The notes under the pieces: generated by a model
The model's input: only the letters and a program-made list of their open reading frames with translations
Database searches by the model: none
What the model was told of the DNA's origin: nothing
Part shown: one piece after another, positions 57,857 through 64,000 of the stretch
Layout of the letters: the number at the start of each line of letters is the position of its first letter
Position numbering within the stretch: the first letter of the stretch is position 1
NCBI GenBank assembly: GCA_034185265.1
Contig: JAXFZD010000008.1
Span: 25-64,024, forward strand
Length of the DNA: 64,000 bases
Reading direction: 5' to 3'
DNA from: Bacilli bacterium
GTDB lineage: Bacteria > Bacillota_I > Bacilli_A > RFN20 > CAG-826
Made by a program: the position numbers and the translations under genes

Positions 57857-57892
57857 TAGACATTAACTTAACTTTCTTGTATACTATAGGCA
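57857..57892 (+). promoter_or_regulatory. Promoter of the XRE-DUF3791 operon, probably leaderless
   Basis: TAGACA-17 nt-TATACT-6 nt-ATG; no SD. Confidence 0.65.
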
Positions 57893-58341
57893 TGGAAAGC
57901 AAATTTGAAATTGGCCAAAAACTTAAAAACAAAAGATTACAACTTAATTTAAGAATGGATGATGTCGCTAAAGAAGTTGGAATCACTAGATCCACATTGT
58001 GGGCTATCGAAAATGGAAATGGTAATTACACCATTGATATCCTTCTTAGATTAGTAAGCTTTTTAAACATGTCTATTGATATCGCTACTCAAACACCAGG
58101 AACTAGAAAAAGAGCCACTAGAACAAATAGTGCTTTGGACAAAAAGGTGAATAGATTCATAGTTATGTGCGTTGAACAATATGCATCTAGCGTTAATCGG
58201 AGTAGTGGAACCCTATATAACGAACTTAAGAAAGCTGGCGTTATTGATGAATTAATAGATGATTATGAAGATATGCATGGTATGTCTACATATTCAATAA
58301 ATGAGTACATTAGTAGAAGATTGTTAGGAGGTACAGCATGA
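57892..58341 (+). CDS. XRE-family HTH fused to DUF3791 domain
   Basis: LKNKRLQLNLRMDDVAKEVGITRSTLWAIENG HTH; C-terminal FIVMCVEQYA...LYNEL...GVIDELIDDYEDMHG matches the DUF3791 pattern. Confidence 0.75.
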   Translation: MESKFEIGQKLKNKRLQLNLRMDDVAKEVGITRSTLWAIENGNGNYTIDILLRLVSFLNMSIDIATQTPGTRKRATRTNSALDKKVNRFIVMCVEQYASSVNRSSGTLYNELKKAGVIDELIDDYEDMHGMSTYSINEYISRRLLGGTA

Positions 58342-58820
58342 TTTTATATCACGGTTCAGATGTCGAAGTTAAAATTCCAAAAATTATTAAATCTGAAAAA
58401 GGAAGAGATTTTGGTTGTGCCTTTTATCTAACCCCTATTAAAGAGCAGGCCGAAAGGATGGCTAAAAGAAAACAAAGGATGAACAAAAGCGGCTCCGCTA
58501 TTGTTAGTGTTTTTGAATTTAATGAAAAAGAAATTAGCGGTTTAAAATACAAATTGTTTAAGAACCCAGATTTAGAATGGCTAGATATGATTATTGAATG
58601 TAGAACAAATCCTTCTTTTGAGCATGGCTACGATATAGTAGAGGGAAAAATAGCGGATGATTCCGTCGGTGAAACAATACTTTTTGTTATTGATGGAGTT
58701 ATCAAAAAAGAAGACGCCATTGAAAGATTAAAATTCCAAAAGATTAATTCTCAAGTCGCTTTTTGTAGCAATGTTTCTTTAAAACTAATTAAGTTCAAAA
58801 ATAGTTACGAGGTCAAATAA
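58338..58820 (+). CDS. DUF3990-family protein (putative ADP-ribosyltransferase fold)
   Basis: MILYHGS...DFGCAFYLT..KEQAERMA, EWLDMI..CR, YDIVEGKIADD, QVAFCS pattern; ATGA overlap with upstream gene. Confidence 0.8.
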   Translation: MILYHGSDVEVKIPKIIKSEKGRDFGCAFYLTPIKEQAERMAKRKQRMNKSGSAIVSVFEFNEKEISGLKYKLFKNPDLEWLDMIIECRTNPSFEHGYDIVEGKIADDSVGETILFVIDGVIKKEDAIERLKFQKINSQVAFCSNVSLKLIKFKNSYEVK

Positions 58821-59539
58821 TGGAACATGTCTTATCCAAAACAATCCTTATATCTCAAACCATTGAACTTATTGCAAAGAGATATAAGCTAAGCATTGAA
58901 GATGCAAGAAATAGATTTTATCAATCAGATGTTATTGGAATGCTGGATGATGATGAAACCGGCCTTTATGGTGAATCAGCACTATATCTTTTATCACTAT
59001 ATGAGAATTATTTTAAAAATAAATGCATTGAAACCAAGAGACTTTTGCTCAGAAAGCTAAGAATTGAAGATGCTGAACCGATGTTTATTAATTGGGCAAG
59101 CGATCCCGAAGTAACTAAATATTCAACTTGGAATCCTCACGAGAATATAGAAGTCACTAAAACTATTATTAACCATTGGCTTGAAGATGAAAAAGATCCA
59201 AAAACAATAAGATTCATTATCACCTTAAAAGAAAGCGATGAACCAATTGGTTCTATTGATGTTGTTAGATATATCGATGATAGTCCCGAGATTGGATATT
59301 GCTTATCAAGAAAATATTGGAATAAAGGTTTAATGACCGAAGCTTGTAAAGCATTTAGTAAATATCTTTTTGATAAAGGTTTTAAAAAAGTATTAATTAA
59401 GGCAGCGGTGGAAAATATCGGTAGCAATCGAGTGATTGAAAAATGTGGTTTCAAATTCACTCATCAGGAGCACCTTGAACATCAATCATCTTTTAAACCA
59501 AATCCAGTAACACTGAATTGCTACGAATTGGTTAAATAA
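58820..59539 (+). CDS. DUF3791-like helical domain fused to a RimJ/RimL-type GNAT acetyltransferase
   Basis: N-terminal IA..Y.LS...A...FY.S.....L.D.ETGLY.ES; then IETKRLLLR, EIGYCL...YWNKGLMTEA, ENIGSNRVIEKCGF. Confidence 0.72.
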   Translation: MEHVLSKTILISQTIELIAKRYKLSIEDARNRFYQSDVIGMLDDDETGLYGESALYLLSLYENYFKNKCIETKRLLLRKLRIEDAEPMFINWASDPEVTKYSTWNPHENIEVTKTIINHWLEDEKDPKTIRFIITLKESDEPIGSIDVVRYIDDSPEIGYCLSRKYWNKGLMTEACKAFSKYLFDKGFKKVLIKAAVENIGSNRVIEKCGFKFTHQEHLEHQSSFKPNPVTLNCYELVK

Positions 59540-59566
59540 CGATATGCCCCTATCGTAGTGACGAGA

Positions 59567-59614
59567 CACGTCGAGACAATAGTTGAATTGTCCTTAAAGG
59601 ATAAAAAAGCGTAA
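59567..59614 (+). repeat. Second copy of the rlmD 3' end (att-like site): HVETIVELSLKDKKA*
   Basis: CAC GTC GAG ACA ATA GTT GAA TTG...TAA versus rlmD CAC GTT GAA ACT ATA GTA GGA CTA...TAA. Confidence 0.8.
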
Positions 59615-59649
59615 TTTTTCATAAAAACACGTCATTTTTGGCACTTTGT

Positions 59650-59676
59650 AAACTGAGCGAGTCTCAGTTTTTCTTT
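59650..59676 (+). terminator. Intrinsic terminator
   Basis: AAACTGAG-CGAGT-CTCAGTTT followed by TTCTTT. Confidence 0.75.
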
Positions 59677-59786
59677 TAGCTAAATAAAATAGGTCTTTAA
59701 ACATAATTTAATGTTGTTGTAGTAAACATGTCTAACAATCTTAATAAACCATACGTAATTGGAAACATGTTTTAAAGAATATTTGT

Positions 59787-59859
59787 TTGGTGCGACATGT
59801 GTAAAAACTCGCTCCGAAATTGGTGCGACATGTGTAAAAACTCGCTCCGAAATTGGTGC
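59787..59859 (+). repeat. Perfect 33-bp tandem repeat (2 copies plus 7 bp)
   Basis: TTGGTGCGACATGTGTAAAAACTCGCTCCGAAA at 59787 and 59820, partial at 59853; directly upstream of TTGTTA-17 nt-TATAAT (59868-59896). Confidence 0.95.
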
Positions 59860-59918
59860 AAAAATGTTTGTTATTCCTCTTATTGCTGAGTATAATAATC
59901 CTAGCGGAGGACAAATTT

Positions 59919-61259
59919 ATGGAAAAAATCTACTTTAGAAGAAAAATAGATGCTTTACTAAAAGAATGGTTCGACAATAAAGATCATTCTCCAGCGGTCA
60001 TATATGGCATAAGGCAGTGTGGAAAAAGTGAAAGTATTAAGCACTTTGGTAAAAACAACTATAAATATGTTAATCACGTTGATTTTTGGAAAACTCCTAA
60101 TGCAACTGCTGCGTTTGACAAATCTTTAGAGGTTGATGAAATAATTAAATCCCTTTCTGTTTTGTTTCCTTCTTTTAAATTTGTTCCGCATGAAACCGTA
60201 TTGATTTTAGACGAGATACAAGATTGCCCTAACGCTAGACTTGCGCTCAAATTCTTTAAAGAAGATGGAAGATTTGATGTAATGGCAAGTGGCTCATATA
60301 TTGGATTAAACATAGACACTAGCGGAGTGGCCAAACCTAGTGGTTCGGAAGATTTATTAGAAATGAAAACAATGGATTTTGAGGAATTTCTGTGGGCTCT
60401 CGGCTATGACGATAATCGCATAACTACAGTTTTAAATTACTTTGCAGAAAAGAAAGAAATTCCTGAAGCAATTCATACACAAATGAAGCAATTGTTTAAT
60501 GAGTATATATGTGTCGGTGGTTATCCAGAAGCGGTTCTAAAATTCGTTCAAACACATAGTTTTTATGAGGCTTTTAAAAAAGTTAGAAGTTTAGTAATTG
60601 ACATCAAAGGAGACCCATCAAAAAGAAGAAATAAAGAAGATAAACCGCTATATACAATTACTGAAGTAGCAAGAATTCAAAAAGCATTTGATTTAATCGC
60701 GTCTTTTATAGTTGATGACAATCATAGATTCGTAACCTCGAAAATAAGTGGTAATAGTTATCAAAGAGATGATGCGGTTAGCTACTTATTAAATTCATCA
60801 GTGGCATTTAAAGCTAATAATGTTCAAGTTCCATCTTTGCCTCTTGGTGTTAGAAAAATAGAAGCGGATTACAAGCTATTTTACGCTGATATTGGAATTA
60901 TGATAAACACCTTAGGCTATGATGTCATTCAAGGCGTTTTAGAGAACAAACTTGGAATGAACAAAGGCTATTTGTATGAAGCCATTGTTGCCGACTCACT
61001 ATACAAAGCCAATATTCCTTTATTCTATTTTGGAAAAGAAAGCGGCTTAGAAGTGGATTTGGTTATTTCATATAAAAGCGAAGCAACACTGATTGAAGCT
61101 AAAGCCACAACTGGTAATGTAAAATCAAGCAAAACAATCATGAAAAATCCAGATCATTATGGCAAAACAAAACTAATTAAAATTGGAGATTATAATGTCT
61201 CTCAAGAAGGAGATATCATTACTATTCCTCATTATCTATCTTTCGCATTAGGAAAGTAA
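59919..61259 (+). CDS. AAA_14 ATPase with DUF4143 / PD-(D/E)XK-like C-terminus
   Basis: Walker A GIRQCGKS, Walker B ILDEIQ, ASGS, YICVGGYP, C-terminal EVDL...LIEAK; SD GGAGG before ATG 59919. Confidence 0.85.
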   Translation: MEKIYFRRKIDALLKEWFDNKDHSPAVIYGIRQCGKSESIKHFGKNNYKYVNHVDFWKTPNATAAFDKSLEVDEIIKSLSVLFPSFKFVPHETVLILDEIQDCPNARLALKFFKEDGRFDVMASGSYIGLNIDTSGVAKPSGSEDLLEMKTMDFEEFLWALGYDDNRITTVLNYFAEKKEIPEAIHTQMKQLFNEYICVGGYPEAVLKFVQTHSFYEAFKKVRSLVIDIKGDPSKRRNKEDKPLYTITEVARIQKAFDLIASFIVDDNHRFVTSKISGNSYQRDDAVSYLLNSSVAFKANNVQVPSLPLGVRKIEADYKLFYADIGIMINTLGYDVIQGVLENKLGMNKGYLYEAIVADSLYKANIPLFYFGKESGLEVDLVISYKSEATLIEAKATTGNVKSSKTIMKNPDHYGKTKLIKIGDYNVSQEGDIITIPHYLSFALGK

Positions 61260-61330
61260 AAAAAGCCAGCGTTTTACCGCCAACTTTGTTGTTACATCAT
61301 CACCACTCTATAGTGAAGATCTTCAGGTTT

Positions 61331-61378
61331 GTAGACTAAAAAGTAAACTAGAAAATAGACTAAACAGTAGACAAAAAA
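61331..61378 (+). repeat. Four degenerate 12-bp tandem repeats
   Basis: GTAGACTAAAAA / GTAAACTAGAAA / ATAGACTAAACA / GTAGACAAAAAA. Confidence 0.7.
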
Positions 61379-61398
61379 GCCTAAACATTTTGTAACGA

Positions 61399-61500
61399 TA
61401 TAATTGACAAAAGCCTCAGCACTGACAAAAATGTCGATTTTACCTTTTAAACCTTTTAATAGCGTGTGTATAATAGACTTGACAAAAACCTCAGTACTGA
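61399..61500 (+). repeat. Two copies of TATAAT...TTGACAAAARCCTCAGYACTGA (operator-like palindrome)
   Basis: 22-bp copies at 61404-61425 and 61479-61500 (20/22 identical), each just after TATAAT; TCAGTACTGA is a perfect palindrome. Confidence 0.75.
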
Positions 61501-61519
61501 GAGAAACGGCAGGTCTATC

Positions 61520-62848
61520 ATGTTTAAAAGAGATAAATATTTAAATCAATTAATTCGTAGTAGAAATAATCACCAGGTCAAAGTAATTACAGGAATGCGT
61601 CGCGCTGGAAAATCGTATTTGATTAACGAAATCTTTTTCGATTGGTTGGTAGAGAACGGTGTTGATGTCACACATATTATTAAGTTTTCATTTGATTCTG
61701 AAATAGATATTCGAAAACTTGATTCATACTTGCCAACCGAATCAACAATTGTGCGAGTCGTTGAAGGTCAAAATATAATCAACAATCGAAAATTCATGCT
61801 TTTTATTGACGACAAAACTAAAGATGAAGGTAACTATATTTTATTATTGGATGAAATTCAAAATTTAGATGATTTCGTTAGAGTACTAAATGGTTATCTT
61901 TATTTGAATAGATTTGATATTTATGTTACAGGAAGTAATTCCCGCTTTTTATCTAGCCAGGTTGATACAGAATTCAGTGGTAGAGGTAACAGAATCCATT
62001 TATTGCCACTTTCTTTTTCAGAATATTTAACGGGCATCGATCTCTATAAGCGAGATGCCTTAGATGAATACATTCGTTATGGAGGGATTCCTCTTGTGGA
62101 ACTTCAATCCAACGATGAGGAAAAGGCTAAAATGGCAATCAGTATTTATAAAGAAACTTATTTAAAGGATATAAAGGACCGCCACCCTCAAGTTGAAGAG
62201 AATAATCTTCACACAACACTTGGAGTAATTGCTTCTATGATTTCAGCACCAATTAATCCAACAAAAATAGAAAACACTTTTAATAGTGCCTTTAACATCA
62301 AACTATCCAACAATGTGATAGGCAATTATATCAACTGGTTCGAAGAAGCATATTTGTTAAATAAAGCTTTGCGATATAACGTTAAAGGAAGGCACTATAT
62401 TGGTTCTCCATATAAGGTATACTTTGAAGATATTGGTATCAGGAATGCCATATTGAATTTTAGAGAAGTAGATGAAACGGATTTAATTGAGAATATTGTT
62501 TATAATGAACTTAGATATCGTGGTTTCAATGTTGATGTCGGTATTGTAACAATTAAAAAGAAAACGGATCGAAAAGATAAAAATGGTAATTGGATATATT
62601 CAGATGTGGACACCGAATGTGACTTTGTTGCTAATAAGGGAGATAAAACATACTACGTTCAAGTTGCTTTAACGATAGACACTCTAGAAAAGAAAGATCA
62701 AGAATATGAATCGCTTAGAAATATTCCAGATTCTTTTAAAAAAGTAATTATTGTAAAAAATGAAGGACTTCACTATCGAACTAGTGAGGGCTTCTTGAGA
62801 TTAAGTCTATTAGATTTTTTGACAAACATTGATTCATTAGATTGGTAA
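61520..62848 (+). CDS. AAA_14 ATPase with DUF4143 C-terminus (second paralogue)
   Basis: Walker A GMRRAGKS, Walker B LLDEIQ, VTGSNS, YIRYGGIP, ENIVYNEL..RG, ECDFV...YYVQVA, RNIPDSFKK. Confidence 0.85.
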   Translation: MFKRDKYLNQLIRSRNNHQVKVITGMRRAGKSYLINEIFFDWLVENGVDVTHIIKFSFDSEIDIRKLDSYLPTESTIVRVVEGQNIINNRKFMLFIDDKTKDEGNYILLLDEIQNLDDFVRVLNGYLYLNRFDIYVTGSNSRFLSSQVDTEFSGRGNRIHLLPLSFSEYLTGIDLYKRDALDEYIRYGGIPLVELQSNDEEKAKMAISIYKETYLKDIKDRHPQVEENNLHTTLGVIASMISAPINPTKIENTFNSAFNIKLSNNVIGNYINWFEEAYLLNKALRYNVKGRHYIGSPYKVYFEDIGIRNAILNFREVDETDLIENIVYNELRYRGFNVDVGIVTIKKKTDRKDKNGNWIYSDVDTECDFVANKGDKTYYVQVALTIDTLEKKDQEYESLRNIPDSFKKVIIVKNEGLHYRTSEGFLRLSLLDFLTNIDSLDW

Positions 62849-62962
62849 TGGATATGTTTCCAATTACTTAAAAAGGTTTGTCATACTTTGTTTCGGGTAA
62901 TGAAAAAGACATATCATTTGTTGTTTTCACGAATAAAAGGCTATACATTTCTAATTTCGGTA

Positions 62963-63004
62963 CATGTCGAGACTGTGGTGTGTCTACGACTTAAAGAGCG
63001 ATAG
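62963..63004 (+). repeat. Third copy of the rlmD 3' end (att-like site): HVETVVCLRLKER*
   Basis: CAT GTC GAG ACT GTG GTG TGT CTA...TAG; a DMFPIT-coding left-arm mimic lies at 62851-62868. Confidence 0.8.
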
Positions 63005-63089
63005 GTCCTATCACTTATATCTAATATAATAAATCATAATATTCAAGCAGTATAGGTGACTCAATCGGGAAGCCCTTATTGTATATATA

Positions 63090-63998
63090 TCAGTGTTTAC
63101 TGACTCCTTCAAATCCTTGGAAGGTAACAAAGCTATCATTGATCTTTTTCACAACGTTATCAAAGTTATTGAGATTGAATTTTAGCGTAGCTTGAACATT
63201 GAAATTAGTGTTGAATCTGATAATAGGGTCTAGTGTATTGTAGTCACAATCAATTCTCACTAGATTAGACGTATTTAGATCAAAATAGAATGTCGTTGTG
63301 TAGCGGTAGTTACCTTTGGTCAAACTGCTCCAGAAACCATCTTTTGGTTGATTCTTCATTGATACGGGTAATTCCACTGGTACACCTTTGCTAGTTTCTT
63401 CAATGATGAGATATTTCTCACTCAATTTGTGGGTATGGGCGATTGGGTCAGAGAATTGGCCCCATTCATCGGAATTGTAGGTGAGACCACCAAAGGTGAG
63501 AGATGTTCTAATCATATTATAGTTCATCATTACCATGATATCGTTGCATGCCATATATGTTTCTTGTTTAAGAGACATCTTCTCATAAGCAGGATCGCCT
63601 ATAGATGGGTATAGAAGTGGAATTGAGTCACTATAATAACTATCATAATTGATATTAGAACCACCGTATTCTAGCCTCCCGTCGTGAAAGCCATATTCAA
63701 CTTTATCATATAGACTAGCGGATTCTGCTTTTCGATTGGTTAATAGTAGTTCATCTTTGTCATTGGAGGCACTTAGATAGAAGAACTCGTTGTATCCATC
63801 TTTAGATAGTTCTCTATAATTAGCGTATTGCCCCTCAATAGTGGTGTTAAAAAACCCACTTGTAAATTTATAGTTAAAATCTAATGGTGAGATATTAAGT
63901 TTACTAACTAAAGTTTGATATTCATCCTCACTGAGTTGTGCATTTGTTAGTTCTTGACTAGTTCCATCATTAAGTGTGACAGTTGCTTCATCAACATA
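63090..63998 (-). CDS. Hypothetical protein, 5'-truncated by the window edge (more than 300 aa)
   Basis: The ORF-track 162-aa ORF stays open in frame for 140 more codons to the window end (YVDEATVTLNDGTSQEL...AYEKMSLKQ); rich in Tyr, Asn, Ser and Thr, no recognised motif. Confidence 0.75.
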   Translation of the reverse strand, partial: YVDEATVTLNDGTSQELTNAQLSEDEYQTLVSKLNISPLDFNYKFTSGFFNTTIEGQYANYRELSKDGYNEFFYLSASNDKDELLLTNRKAESASLYDKVEYGFHDGRLEYGGSNINYDSYYSDSIPLLYPSIGDPAYEKMSLKQETYMACNDIMVMMNYNMIRTSLTFGGLTYNSDEWGQFSDPIAHTHKLSEKYLIIEETSKGVPVELPVSMKNQPKDGFWSSLTKGNYRYTTTFYFDLNTSNLVRIDCDYNTLDPIIRFNTNFNVQATLKFNLNNFDNVVKKINDSFVTFQGFEGVSKH

Positions 63999-64000
63999 GA

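Larger units (their letters stand above)
57802..64000. mobile_element. Accessory island or tandem cassette array integrated at the rlmD 3' end (extends beyond the window)
   Basis: Housekeeping genes end abruptly; three copies of an HVET-coding core CAYGTYGARAC (57802, 59567, 62963) delimit modules of defence-island-type genes; no recombinase inside the window. Confidence 0.75.

Noticed and set aside
59787-59859. 33-bp direct repeats as a possible CRISPR array
   Set aside because: The copies are contiguous with no spacers, there are only 2.2 units, and no cas genes are present.
61265-61340. Short minus-strand reading LVYKPEDLHYRVVMM resembling the ATPase 2 C-terminus (EGLHYR)
   Set aside because: Only an 18-nt partial match, with no start and no further similarity; it cannot be told apart from chance.
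1-64000. Mollicute-type UGA=Trp recoding
   Set aside because: Conserved genes are full length under code 11, Trp is encoded by TGG, and TGA occurs as a true stop (ATGA overlaps).
57838-64000. Integrase, transposase or IS element inside the accessory region
   Set aside because: No serine or tyrosine recombinase or DDE motifs appear in any ORF and no convincing terminal inverted repeats were found. A weak CCTATCG/CGATAGG match at 59549/62999 is too short to support.
1-64000. tRNA or rRNA genes
   Set aside because: No cloverleaf (GGTTCGAATCC-type T arm) or rRNA-like GC-rich segments are present in any intergenic region; the only RNA gene recognised is ffs.

Overview
AT-rich chromosomal window from a low-GC Bacillota. 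It uses genetic code 11 (UGA = stop). Gene content and order (PPDK, lipoprotein YidC, short MetG, small SRP RNA) suggest an uncultured Bacilli lineage of the RFN20/RF39/Erysipelotrichales type; this is inference. The window spans the replication origin: mnmE-jag-yidC-rnpA-rpmH | oriC | dnaA-dnaN-yaaA-recF-gyrB-gyrA-serS. To the left lies the Bacillus-type block tatD-rnmV-rsmA-ispE-glmU...pth-mfd-yabO-tilS-ftsH-dusB...glyA-lysS. To the right are ffs-tadA, transporters, psuG, degV, rpmE, metG and rlmD. From the 3' end of rlmD (57.8 kb) to the window edge is an accessory region. The most striking signal is that the rlmD C-terminal motif H-V-E-T (core CAYGTYGARAC) recurs twice more downstream (59567, 62963). 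Each copy is followed by its own in-frame alternative RlmD tail and stop codon. This divides the region into recombinase-less, cassette-like modules: (1) an XRE-DUF3791 / DUF3990 (ART-like) / DUF3791-like-GNAT operon, (2) two AAA_14-DUF4143-type ATPases each preceded by repeats, and (3) a hypothetical gene running off the window. Other notable signals are a CTG-initiated mfd, a TilS with a degenerate PP-loop, many apparently leaderless genes, a candidate pseudoknot leader RNA, a uridine kinase-CYTH fusion and a P-type ATPase lacking the TM4 Glu. No rRNA, tRNA, CRISPR array, integrase or transposase was recognised. Family assignments come from motif recognition only; no database searches were run.
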